Shown: piece by piece, positions 8,501-17,271 of the stretch
Layout: each line of letters opens with the position of its first letter
How positions within the stretch are numbered: the first letter of the stretch is position 1
DNA from: Ferroglobus placidus DSM 10642
Lineage (GTDB): Archaea; Halobacteriota; Archaeoglobi; Archaeoglobales; Archaeoglobaceae
Length of the DNA: 32,000 nucleotides
Direction of reading: 5' to 3'
Assembly: GCF_000025505.1 (NCBI RefSeq)
Contig: NC_013849.1
Location: 1,200,001-1,232,000 of the forward strand
The notes under the pieces: model-generated
Told to the model about the DNA's origin: nothing
The model's input: only the letters and a program-made list of their open reading frames with translations
Database searches by the model: none
Translations under genes and position numbers: made by a program

Positions 8501-9079
8501 TCAGCTCTTAAGCTTTTTAGCAATACTCGCAACCCTCTTTCCTAAAAGCCTGGCAACCTCCAAATCCTCTTCTCTTGGCTTTCCGGTTGAGGTCGCTCCG
8601 TAATAGCTTCCGGCTTTGTAGAGCTCTTTTACTGGAGGAATTCCTACTATAATCATTCCGTGCCCCAAAAGCGGGAGAATCATCGTCAGCAATGTTGCTT
8701 CCTTACCTCCGTGAGGCATTTCGTTCGAAGTGAACACCGCTCCGACTTTCCCCTCGAGTTTTCTGCCCATCCACAACTTTCCTGTCATGTCGATGAACTG
8801 CTTCATCTGAGAAGACATTACGCCAAACCTCGTGGGAGAACCGAAAATTATCGCATCGTACTCTTCAAGCTCTTCGGGATTGGCAACCTCAAAACTTTTA
8901 AGTTCATCCTTTACAGCTCTATATCCGGGATTTTTCTCTAAAATTTCTTCTGGAATCGTTTCCGGCACTCTTTTGACGACCACATCCACCCCTTCTTCTC
9001 TTGCCCCCTCCGCAACCGCTTTAGCGAGCTCCATCGTGTTTCCGGTAATGGAGTGAAAGACTACGAGAATTTTGGTCAT
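8501..9079 (-). CDS. wrbA: NAD(P)H:quinone oxidoreductase / flavodoxin family (WrbA-like)
   Basis: 192 aa; FHSITGNTMELAKAVAEGA FMN site, GSPTRFGVMSSQMKQFIDMTG, Y/THG GKEATL. Confidence 0.85.
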   Translation of the reverse strand: MTKILVVFHSITGNTMELAKAVAEGAREEGVDVVVKRVPETIPEEILEKNPGYRAVKDELKSFEVANPEELEEYDAIIFGSPTRFGVMSSQMKQFIDMTGKLWMGRKLEGKVGAVFTSNEMPHGGKEATLLTMILPLLGHGMIIVGIPPVKELYKAGSYYGATSTGKPREEDLEVARLLGKRVASIAKKLKS

Positions 9080-9188
9080 AATTTAGGAGTATCCGTTAAA
9101 CTTCTTAAACTTTTTCGTACAAAATTTGAAATTTGAAGCCGAATTAGAGGGAAAGGGATATTTACTTAAATTTTAAAAACAATAAATT

Positions 9189-9638
9189 ATGATGGAGGAG
9201 ATAAGAAAACTTTACGAGAAGTTTGGCGGAGAGGTTAAGGAGTTTGAGAAGTTCGAGGGAGAAGTTGACGTCGGTTACAAAATCGAGTTCGAGAAGAAAA
9301 TAGAGGACGTGGACGTTCACTTCTTCGGTCTCGCTTCCGGAGATTTGAATCCGATTCACTTCGACGAAGAGGTTGCTTCGAAGACGAAGTTTAAGGGAAG
9401 AGTCGTCCACGGAATGCTCACCACAAGCTTAGTTTCGGCAGCCGTAGCAAGAATGCCGGGGATAGTAGTTCTGCTCGAAGCCTGCTTCAAATATACGAAG
9501 CCGGTGAGGATCGGCGACACCGTTAAAGTTGTTGGAGAAGTTGTTGAAAAAGAGAAGAATAGATACAAACTCGATGTAAAATGCTTCGTAGGTGAAAACG
9601 TCGTGGCTGAGGGTTACGCAAAAGTTTTGCTCTGGTAA
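9189..9638 (+). CDS. MaoC-like (R)-specific enoyl-CoA hydratase (PhaJ-like)
   Basis: 149 aa hot-dog domain: FFGLASGDLNPIHFDEEVASKTKFKGRVVHGML (hydratase 2 motif). Confidence 0.88.
   Translation: MMEEIRKLYEKFGGEVKEFEKFEGEVDVGYKIEFEKKIEDVDVHFFGLASGDLNPIHFDEEVASKTKFKGRVVHGMLTTSLVSAAVARMPGIVVLLEACFKYTKPVRIGDTVKVVGEVVEKEKNRYKLDVKCFVGENVVAEGYAKVLLW
9276..9637. repeat. Long exact direct repeat, copy 1 (3' ~4/5 of MaoC gene)
   Basis: Read base by base against 17951-18312: no difference found from tacaaaatcgag... to ...gctctggta (362 bp). Confidence 0.93.
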
Positions 9639-9683
9639 ATTATACCGAAAAATATTTATACCAAAACCGTTTAATGCCAATTG

Positions 9684-9962
9684 ATGGTAATGGTTCCGGA
9701 GTACTTCAAGGAGTTCCAGGAGTTCTGGAACGAGATGGTGAAAAACCAGAGGGAGCTCGTAAAGAACTTACTTTCCTCTTTCGAGTTCCTCTCGAAATTC
9801 AACATTCTAAGGAAGGATGTAGCCGTGTTCAGAGCTAAAGTCCAGAGTGGGGGAAGAATTTCGATTCCCGAGGCTGATAGGCAAGCTTTGGGGATAAAGG
9901 AGGGAGATTTGGTAAAGGTAATCGTAATAAAGGAGGAAGGAGGTGATTGGAATGGAATTTAA
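9684..9962 (+). CDS. AbrB/SpoVT-domain protein with helical phasin-like N-terminus; PhaR-like candidate
   Basis: N-term helical VPEYFKEFQEFWNEMVKNQRELVKNLLSSFEFLSKFN; C-term FRAKVQSGGRISIPEADRQALGIKEGDLVKVIVI (AbrB swapped-hairpin); TATA-like aaatatttata upstream. Confidence 0.75.
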   Translation: MVMVPEYFKEFQEFWNEMVKNQRELVKNLLSSFEFLSKFNILRKDVAVFRAKVQSGGRISIPEADRQALGIKEGDLVKVIVIKEEGGDWNGI

Positions 9963-10263
9963 GGACTTTTTGGAGAACGTGAAGGCTTTCTACAAGATGG
10001 GTTTCGTCGTTAGCAAAACGAGCGTCGATCTCGTGAAGGTTGCGATGGACAGCTACGTAGGTTTGTACGAAGTATATCTAAGACAGATCGTTCCGAGCGA
10101 AATATACGAGAACGTCAAGAAGGCCCTTCAGCTCTACACGGAATCTCAGGCGAAGGTTTTCGAGAACTTCAAGAAGCTTCTCGACCAGCTCGAAAAGCAG
10201 CAGGACGAGATATTTGCGAGAATGGCTGAGCTCGGGAAAGCTGCGACTGGCGAGAAGAAGTAA
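9952..10263 (+). CDS. Phasin-like (PhaP-like) helical protein
   Basis: ~103 aa amphipathic all-helical protein in a PHA gene context; ggaggtg SD at ~9938 with ATG at 9952; overlaps the AbrB gene by 11 bp. Confidence 0.6.
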   Translation: MEFKDFLENVKAFYKMGFVVSKTSVDLVKVAMDSYVGLYEVYLRQIVPSEIYENVKKALQLYTESQAKVFENFKKLLDQLEKQQDEIFARMAELGKAATGEKK

Positions 10264-10274
10264 CTCCAATTTTT

Positions 10275-10844
10275 TTATTTTTTAACGGCTATTAAGTCGA
10301 AGAAAAGAACATTCTTTTCGAAATGAATTACTTCAAAAAAATCTCCAACAAACTTCGCTATCGAGTCCGGTTTTGGAAAGTTCTCAATCGCTCTTTTAAT
10401 TTTCTCGGCGTAGGCTTTACTTATATTCTCCTCAAGACATCTGAGAGTCACGTTTTTCACGATTTCGGGCATTTCCGAATTTAAATCCCTGATTGCCAGA
10501 GCCCCTCCTTCTTTTAAACATCCTCGAGCTTCAAGAATGGTAGGAAGACCGACGTCGTGGAGGGAATAGCTGAAAGTGATTAGGTCGAACGCTTCGCTTT
10601 TAAAAGGCAGCTTTCTCGCATCTCCCAGAACGGCGTTGGACATTTTGCAGAAATCCTTGTTAACGTCTATTCCGTAAATTTCGGCTTTATCGAAAACTCT
10701 TGATAGTTCATCGATAAGAATTCCGCTTCCGCATTCAACGTCCAAAATCTTCTTCGCATCCGCGAGCTTAGCTATTTTCAAAACGAACGCTCTGTAAAGA
10801 AGTCTGAATTTTTCAGCCCACTCGGAATATCTGCAACTTTCCAC
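10275..10844 (-). CDS. Class I SAM-dependent methyltransferase
   Basis: 189 aa; motif I KILDVECGSGILIDELS, VNKDFCKMSNAVLGDARKLPFKSEAFDLITFSYSLHDV. Confidence 0.85.
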   Translation of the reverse strand: MESCRYSEWAEKFRLLYRAFVLKIAKLADAKKILDVECGSGILIDELSRVFDKAEIYGIDVNKDFCKMSNAVLGDARKLPFKSEAFDLITFSYSLHDVGLPTILEARGCLKEGGALAIRDLNSEMPEIVKNVTLRCLEENISKAYAEKIKRAIENFPKPDSIAKFVGDFFEVIHFEKNVLFFDLIAVKK

Positions 10845-10879
10845 AAAATTTACATAGTCTTTTTTAAGATATTACAGTT

Positions 10880-11389
10880 ATGGTAGAAGAATTCTGGAGA
10901 ACTTATAAAAAACTCTTCGAGCTGTACGCAAAGCTTTCCGATCCGCGAACGTACTTCGGCGAGCTAACGGAAGAAGAAATTAACGAATCGCTATCCAAAA
11001 TCTTCAACGGCTTCGCAAAGTTGGGCAACCTGAACCTCAACTACTTAATCGAGCTCTACGGAAATGTTTTGAAAGGAAACCCCGAAGAGGTTTTGAAAAC
11101 TAATTTGGATTACCTCGAAAAATTAGAGGACACGATAGCGGAAATTGTCGACAACCCCCTCTATTCGGCTTACATAAACTTCGTGGACAGAGTCTTCCTG
11201 AACTACCTGATAACGCTTCAGAATATCAACAACGCCATCTTCCACAGCATCGGAATTCCGACGAGAAGGGACATCGTGGCTTTATCTGAAGCTTACGTCG
11301 ATCTTAAAGGGGATTTGAAAAAGGAGTTCAGAGCTCTCAAAAAGGAGATCGAGGAGTTGAAAGCGGCAATAGGAGGTGAGAAAAAATGA
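10880..11389 (+). CDS. phaE: PHA synthase PhaE-like subunit (short form)
   Basis: 169 aa helical; NYLIELYGNVLKGNP..., FHSIGIPTRRDIVALSEAYVDLKGDLKKEFRALKKEIEELK resembles the PhaE C-terminal box; 4 bp overlap with phaC. Confidence 0.75.
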   Translation: MVEEFWRTYKKLFELYAKLSDPRTYFGELTEEEINESLSKIFNGFAKLGNLNLNYLIELYGNVLKGNPEEVLKTNLDYLEKLEDTIAEIVDNPLYSAYINFVDRVFLNYLITLQNINNAIFHSIGIPTRRDIVALSEAYVDLKGDLKKEFRALKKEIEELKAAIGGEKK

Positions 11390-12498
11390 TTTACTACGCT
11401 ATTAGTGAATACTTGAGAAACGTTAGGAGGTTTGCTTCTCTCTACGAGTGGTTCATCGAAAACAGAAATTTCATTCTGCCGGATGAGGACACTCCCTATC
11501 TTATCCCGGACGTCGAAGTGGGAGTTACGCCGAAGGTGGAAATATACAGCGATAACGGAGTTAAGCTTTACAGATACATGCCGAGGACGGAAAAACAGTA
11601 CGAAACTCCTCTTCTCATAGTTTACGCCCTCATCAACAAGCCCTACATTTTAGACCTTCATCCGGAGAGGAGCGTCGTGAGGAAATTCCTCGACGCGGGT
11701 TTCGACGTTTACCTGATAAAGTGGGGGGACGCCACTATAGCTGATCAGTTCGGACTTTCTGGGTACATTGACATCTTCATGTACGACTTCATAGAATACC
11801 TCAAAGATTACGCTGGAGTCGAAAAGATCTCCATCCTCGGCTACTGCATGGGAGGGGGACTTTCGGCAATCTACACCTCGCTATACCCGGAAAACGTTAA
11901 AAACTTGCTGCTGCTTGCCGCGACGCTTTACTTCGATAAAGAAGTAGGAGGACTCGTCACGCTATCCGACAAGAGGTTTTTCGATCCGGAAGAAATTGCG
12001 AAGGTTTACGCGTACATTCCAGCTTGGTTCATGGCTGAGAGGTTCAAACTGCTCAGACCTCTCGAAAACTACTTCACAAAGTACGTTTCCATGTTCCTAA
12101 ACGCCGAAAACAAGGACTTTCTCGATCTGTTCTTCAGAATGGAGAAGTGGATTCACGACGGAGTAAATGTTGCCCCTTACGTTTACGTCGAATACGTAAG
12201 AGAGCTTTATCAGAACAACGCTTTGTGCGAGGGGAAGCTCTTCATAAACGGGAAAAAGGTCGATCCGAAGAGAATAGACATGCCGGTGGCGGCGATAGTA
12301 GGGAAGAGGGATCATTTGGCTCCTCCGAAAAACACCCTCGGATTTCTGGATTACATATCGAGTAAAGATAAAGCGGTATTCGAAGCTGATGCTGGGCACG
12401 TCGGTCTCGTCGTTTCTGGAAAAGCGATGAAAATGTGGGATGAAGTAGTTAAATGGCTTTCGAAGAGAAGCGGTAAAAAAGTTGAGAGAAAAATTTAA
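11386..12498 (+). CDS. phaC: Class III-type poly(3-hydroxyalkanoate) synthase PhaC (copy 1)
   Basis: 370 aa; INKPYILDLHPERSVVRKFLDAGFDVYLIKWG; lipase-like box GYCMGG; Asp in VGKRDHLAPP; His in DAGHVGLVVSG. Confidence 0.93.
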   Translation: MIYYAISEYLRNVRRFASLYEWFIENRNFILPDEDTPYLIPDVEVGVTPKVEIYSDNGVKLYRYMPRTEKQYETPLLIVYALINKPYILDLHPERSVVRKFLDAGFDVYLIKWGDATIADQFGLSGYIDIFMYDFIEYLKDYAGVEKISILGYCMGGGLSAIYTSLYPENVKNLLLLAATLYFDKEVGGLVTLSDKRFFDPEEIAKVYAYIPAWFMAERFKLLRPLENYFTKYVSMFLNAENKDFLDLFFRMEKWIHDGVNVAPYVYVEYVRELYQNNALCEGKLFINGKKVDPKRIDMPVAAIVGKRDHLAPPKNTLGFLDYISSKDKAVFEADAGHVGLVVSGKAMKMWDEVVKWLSKRSGKKVERKI

Positions 12499-12503
12499 TT
12501 TTT

Positions 12504-13490
12504 TTATTTCGACCTCTCGACTATCCACTTAACAGCTTCCGGCCACAGCTTTTTGTGAGCACTTCTGCTTACAGTCAAGCCTATGTGCCCTTTGTCGACC
12601 GTCAGCATCTTTTTGTCCTTCGAGGGGATTTTTTCGAAGAAGGGTATAACGGCTTCTGGAGGAGTTATGTGATCTTTTTCGGCAACTAAAGCCAGCACGG
12701 GCATTGTAATTTTGCTGAAATCAACTTTAACTCCGTTTACATCGTACTCTCCTTTCATGAGTTCGTTTCTGTGATACCATCTCGTGATGTACTCTTCGAA
12801 AACGTCTCCGGGAACTGAGGGAGAATCGAATATCCAGAACTCCATGTAGAAGAAGTCCTTAACGAACTTTTCATCGCTTAGATTATCAAGCAGAGACTGA
12901 TACTTTCCGACAGCCAATCTTACCGGATCAACGAGCAAGAAAGCCAAATTCAAAAAGTCTCCGGTGGCGTTGAATAAAGCTCTCGAAACTTTTTTCGGGT
13001 CTATGTTCTTAGCCCAGATTGCTAAAGTGTTCGACGTGTCGAAGTTTATTGGGGGAGTTTGAATAACGAGATTTCTCACCTTTTCCGGATGAAGGGAAGC
13101 GTAAATCACCGCCAAAGTCGTTCCGAGGCAGTAGCCGTGCAGAGTTACGTTTTCAACCCCCCTCTCTTTCCTTACAAAATCGACGCAGAAGTCGAGAAAG
13201 TCGATGTAGTCGGATATTTTTAAGTGTCTGTCAGCGAAGCTCGGATATCCCCAGTCTATCATCCAAACGTCCAATCCGGCTTCTATCAAAAGTCTTACAA
13301 CGCTGACATCCTTATGTAAATCGAGAATGTACGGACGATTTATGTAAGCGTAGCTTATAATTACCGGCGTTTTCAGCTTGGGCTTCGACTTGAAGTGGAG
13401 CAGCTTGAAAACCCAGTCTTCGTGTGCAACTTCGTACTCGCAGTAACCGGGTTTAGTCCCCTTTATCTTCTCCACCAACATCTCCAACAC
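12504..13490 (-). CDS. phaC: Class III-type poly(3-hydroxyalkanoate) synthase PhaC (copy 2)
   Basis: 328 aa; YINRPYILDLHKDVSVVRLLIEAGLDVWMIDWGYPSFADRH; box GYCLG; VAEKDHITPP; DKGHIGLTVS. Confidence 0.93.
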   Translation of the reverse strand: MLEMLVEKIKGTKPGYCEYEVAHEDWVFKLLHFKSKPKLKTPVIISYAYINRPYILDLHKDVSVVRLLIEAGLDVWMIDWGYPSFADRHLKISDYIDFLDFCVDFVRKERGVENVTLHGYCLGTTLAVIYASLHPEKVRNLVIQTPPINFDTSNTLAIWAKNIDPKKVSRALFNATGDFLNLAFLLVDPVRLAVGKYQSLLDNLSDEKFVKDFFYMEFWIFDSPSVPGDVFEEYITRWYHRNELMKGEYDVNGVKVDFSKITMPVLALVAEKDHITPPEAVIPFFEKIPSKDKKMLTVDKGHIGLTVSRSAHKKLWPEAVKWIVERSK

Positions 13491-14415
13491 CCCCCATTCT
13501 TTCTATTCTCTTCTCCAACTCTCTTATCTTCCTCCTCAGCTCGTAAATCCTTTTAAAAGCTTCATCCATTAGTGAGATGGTAGCAAACGGGTTTAAAGGG
13601 TTGCTCATGGCCAATTCTTCGTAGAAAGATCTCGCGTTGTATATGTAGTCCATCAAACTGTCGAGCATCGCTTTTTGCGTTTTCAGGTAATCCTCACTTC
13701 TCAAAAGCTCGTCGAAAATCCTAGCTTCTTCCTCGAAAAACGCGTTGGCGAATTCGTTGTAGCTATCGAATTTTTTGCTGTTAGCCTTGTCTATAAAAGA
13801 TTGGGCACCCTTAACGTACGAGCTCTTCACGAGCTCCCTGAACTTCCTGAAAGCCGAGCTAAATTCTCTAAGGTTTTCCAAAGCGCTTTCAAACCTCAAA
13901 AATACGCTTTTAGGCAGCAGGAAGGGAAACTCCGTTGACAAATCTATTCTCATGAATTCGCTTCTGAACCTACTCATCCTCTCCCTGTAAATTTCCACGA
14001 ATCTTTCGAGAACGTCCTTTTCAGCCTTCGGAAGCACGTATCCAGCGTACAAGCTTGCCGTCAATCTTACGTGGTCGTAGAGAGATCTAAGAAATTCGGT
14101 GTAGGCGTTTAAAAGCTCCGCCTGAGCTTCAAACAAGCTGATGAATTCTACCCTCGGGAACATGAACTCAAGCTGCCTTCCTCCGTAAACGGCAACCTCG
14201 AGAGGTCTGAAGAAGAACCTGAAGAACTCTTCAAAAATTCTTTCAAACTCCTCTCCGTAACTCAGCTTAATTCCGGCTTCGTGTCTTTTATACAAATCCT
14301 CGAGAATCCTTCTTATTCTGATGTTTCTCAAAAGGAGTTCGAAGGACTCCTTCGGAGCAGTTCTAAATAGCTCCACAAGCTCTTCTTCGCCGATCATCTT
14401 CCCACCTCTCCACAC
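13453..14415 (-). CDS. phaE: PhaE-like subunit (long form)
   Basis: ~320 aa helical protein immediately upstream of and overlapping phaC copy 2; C-term NPLNPFATISLMDEAFKRIYELRRKIRELEKRIE. Likely start is ATG of MIGEEELVELF at about 14397. Confidence 0.65.
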   Translation of the reverse strand: MWRGGKMIGEEELVELFRTAPKESFELLLRNIRIRRILEDLYKRHEAGIKLSYGEEFERIFEEFFRFFFRPLEVAVYGGRQLEFMFPRVEFISLFEAQAELLNAYTEFLRSLYDHVRLTASLYAGYVLPKAEKDVLERFVEIYRERMSRFRSEFMRIDLSTEFPFLLPKSVFLRFESALENLREFSSAFRKFRELVKSSYVKGAQSFIDKANSKKFDSYNEFANAFFEEEARIFDELLRSEDYLKTQKAMLDSLMDYIYNARSFYEELAMSNPLNPFATISLMDEAFKRIYELRRKIRELEKRIERMGGVGDVGGEDKGD

Positions 14416-14506
14416 TATCCATTTTTATTATTAATAATGTAAAAATTTTTTGGTAGGTTTCGGTTTTCGGAAAAACACTTTAAAAGAATCGCGGAGAGAA
14501 TGGGTT

Positions 14507-15535
14507 ATGAAAGTGTCCATTCTTGGAGCTGGAGCGATGGGGTCTGCTTTAACGATTCCACTTGCGGACAACGGGAACGAAATTCTCCTCTGGGGGACGG
14601 AATACGATGTAGATATTCTGAAAAAAATTGAAAAAGGAGAGGAGCATCCGAGAATTGGCGTAAAGCTTCCGGAAGTACAAATTCTTTATCCGAAGGAGCT
14701 GAAAAAAGCACTCGATGCGGACATAATAGTTCTTGCGGTGAGCACCGAAGGAGTGATGAACGTATTTAATAGAATAAAAAACGAAGTATCGGATTCTATT
14801 TTGATAACGATAGCGAAGGGGCTTATAGAGGAGGAAGACCACGTCTACACGATTCCAGAGGCAATATGGAAGGAGAACGTGAAGATGAGGCACAAACTCG
14901 TAGCGATAACCGGACCATCCATAGCCAAAGAAGTGGCAAGAAGAGCTCCTACGAGAGTCGTTTTCAGCAGCAAAAATCTGAAAACAGCTAAGAAGGCTAT
15001 GAAAGCATTCAAAACTAAATACTACGGAATAGAAATCACCGACGACATAATAGGAGCCGAGCTCACCTCAGCTTTAAAAAACGTTTATTCGATAGCTATT
15101 TCCTGGATAAGAGGTTACGAAGAAAGGTTTGAAATGGATTTGAGCAACGCTAAAGGAGTGCTCGCGACGATGGCGATAAACGAAATAGCGATATTCGTCG
15201 AGGACGCTGGAGGCAGGAAAGAGACAGCTTACGGCTTATCCGGATTCGGAGACCTCATAGCAACTTTTAGGGGTGGAAGAAACGGGATGCTCGGAGAACT
15301 GCTCGGAAAAGGTTACACAATAGACGAAGCTTTAAAAGAGCTCGAAATGAGGGGTGTTGGTGTTATAGAGGGATACGTGAACGGAAGAAGAGCTTACGCT
15401 TTACTAAAACAGCTTGAAATGAGAGGAAAAGCTTCAGAAGATGATTTTCCTCTTTTAAAAGCGATATACAGTGTTTTGTACGAAGGTAAAAAAGTGGAAG
15501 ACGTTTTGATGAATTTGCTCATCGAAGGCGGCTAA
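14507..15535 (+). CDS. gpsA: NAD(P)H-dependent glycerol-3-phosphate dehydrogenase
   Basis: 342 aa from MKVSILGAGAMGSALTIPLADNGNEILLWG; ITGPSIAKEVA; ELTSALKNVYSIAIS; YGLSGFGDLIATFRGGRNGMLGELLGKG. Confidence 0.93.
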   Translation: MKVSILGAGAMGSALTIPLADNGNEILLWGTEYDVDILKKIEKGEEHPRIGVKLPEVQILYPKELKKALDADIIVLAVSTEGVMNVFNRIKNEVSDSILITIAKGLIEEEDHVYTIPEAIWKENVKMRHKLVAITGPSIAKEVARRAPTRVVFSSKNLKTAKKAMKAFKTKYYGIEITDDIIGAELTSALKNVYSIAISWIRGYEERFEMDLSNAKGVLATMAINEIAIFVEDAGGRKETAYGLSGFGDLIATFRGGRNGMLGELLGKGYTIDEALKELEMRGVGVIEGYVNGRRAYALLKQLEMRGKASEDDFPLLKAIYSVLYEGKKVEDVLMNLLIEGG

Positions 15536-17271
15536 ATTTTACTCACAATTTCTTTGTAGTAGTCCAAAGCCTCTTTGACGTAATCTCTGCTCAGCTTTCC
15601 TTGCGGAGTGTCGGCTTCGAAAACTCTTTCCGGAACCTGCAAATCCTCCACGCTGAAACCCATCTTCTTTTTCAGCCTGAGCTTTTCCTCGTAAATCTTC
15701 TTTCCGATTTCCCTAAGCTCGTTCTCGTCTGTTTCAACTCCGAGAGGTTTGAACGCTTTCACGACAATTTCCGGCTTGTAAATGCCTCTTGCGAAGAAGC
15801 AAACTACCAGGCTCGAAAGAATCTGTCTCCACTGCTCCTCCCTTATAAGCTCGTCGACGAGCTCCTTCGGCGAGTAGTCCTTCCACTTCTGATCTATGGA
15901 GTAGCCGGCTCCGTCCAAGTGGCTGTGCCTCAAACCGATTAAGTAGCCTATGTAAGCTCCGTATCCGGTGTTGTAGCCGGGCATTTCATTTCTACCGAAA
16001 GCCATCGCAAACTCCCTCCCTCCGTAAATCCTTGAAGCTTCGTCAACTCCCTTAGCTAAAGCTTTGTAGAAGTCGTTCGGCTGAGAGACGATGTAATCCA
16101 CAGCTTTAATGTAATTCTCGTAATTTCCGAATTCGAGGTCTAAGAGAGTTTCGTTTTTGCTTATCAGTCCCCTCTTGTAAGCTTCGGTAGCCCAAGCCAG
16201 GCAAACTCCGGTGCTTATCGCATCAAGCCCGTAAACCTCAACTCTGTGTATAAGCTTCAGCAATCCTTCTCTGCTTCCTACTCCGAGCATCGAGCCTAAA
16301 GCGTAGATCAGTTCGTAATCGTAGCTTATCATCAGAGTTTTGTAGAAGTACTTTTCAGTTTCGTATTCTTCCCTCAACGCTGCTATGTGAATGCAAGCTA
16401 CCGGACAGTGAGCGCAGGCAATTCTCCTTCCGAGATTGTTTTCAGCTAAAGCCTCACCGCTTATCTCCTCAGCTTTATCGAACCTCTGCTCCGTAAGATT
16501 TTTCGTAGGCAATCCTCCGAACTCGTTTAGAGGAAGGACGTTTACTGCTGTTCCGAGCAGATGGTACTTCTTCATAGCATCGGACTTCACTGCCAAATCG
16601 TATATTTCGTCGTAAACTTTTCTGAAATTCTCTTTATCTTTCGGCTTGAAAGACTTCCTCCCCATAACAACAAGAGCTTTCAAGTTCTTGCTTCCAAAGA
16701 CCGCCCCTAAACCAAGCCTTCCGAAGTGCCTGTAGGTTTCGGTCGTAACGCAGGCGTATCGCACCAAATTCAATCCTCCGCCACCTATTCTCATCACCGT
16801 TCTAATCCCTCTCCCCTTCTCCCTCTCAGCAATAATCCTTCCAGTCACTATCGAGTCCTGAATGCTCCAAATAACCCTTCCATCCCTGAAATGAACTTTA
16901 TCTTCATCTACAACCACGTAAACCGGTTTTCTGCTCCTTCCCTTAATCACAATAGCTCCGTAGCCAGCGTTAGCTATGGCTGCCGCACTCCTACCTCCAG
17001 CGTGAGATTCTCCGAGGTTGCTGGTTAAAGGACTTTTGAACAGGGCGACGGTTTTTGAGGCGAGAGGGTAAGCTGGCGTAAAAGGACCGGTGGAAAAAAC
17101 TATCACGTTCTCTTCACCCAGCGGATCTACCCCTTTAGCGTTTTCAAGTTCCTCCTTTAAAAGCTGAACGGCAACACCAACTCCCCCGATGTACTCCTCG
17201 AAGAGGTCTTTTCTGTCCTCAACCCAATACTTGTACCTCGAAAGGTCTATCGTCAAAACTTTACTCCTCAC
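15532..17271 (-). CDS. Tungsten-containing aldehyde:ferredoxin oxidoreductase family
   Basis: 579 aa; SHAGGRSAAAIANAGYGAIVIKGRSRKPVYV; RMGGGGLN-like region; CAHCPVACIH cluster motif. Confidence 0.93.
   Translation of the reverse strand: MRSKVLTIDLSRYKYWVEDRKDLFEEYIGGVGVAVQLLKEELENAKGVDPLGEENVIVFSTGPFTPAYPLASKTVALFKSPLTSNLGESHAGGRSAAAIANAGYGAIVIKGRSRKPVYVVVDEDKVHFRDGRVIWSIQDSIVTGRIIAEREKGRGIRTVMRIGGGGLNLVRYACVTTETYRHFGRLGLGAVFGSKNLKALVVMGRKSFKPKDKENFRKVYDEIYDLAVKSDAMKKYHLLGTAVNVLPLNEFGGLPTKNLTEQRFDKAEEISGEALAENNLGRRIACAHCPVACIHIAALREEYETEKYFYKTLMISYDYELIYALGSMLGVGSREGLLKLIHRVEVYGLDAISTGVCLAWATEAYKRGLISKNETLLDLEFGNYENYIKAVDYIVSQPNDFYKALAKGVDEASRIYGGREFAMAFGRNEMPGYNTGYGAYIGYLIGLRHSHLDGAGYSIDQKWKDYSPKELVDELIREEQWRQILSSLVVCFFARGIYKPEIVVKAFKPLGVETDENELREIGKKIYEEKLRLKKKMGFSVEDLQVPERVFEADTPQGKLSRDYVKEALDYYKEIVSKI

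Noticed and set aside
12097-12528. 143-aa minus-strand ORF
   Set aside because: Antisense to phaC copy 1, which has all catalytic motifs; no recognisable motifs itself.
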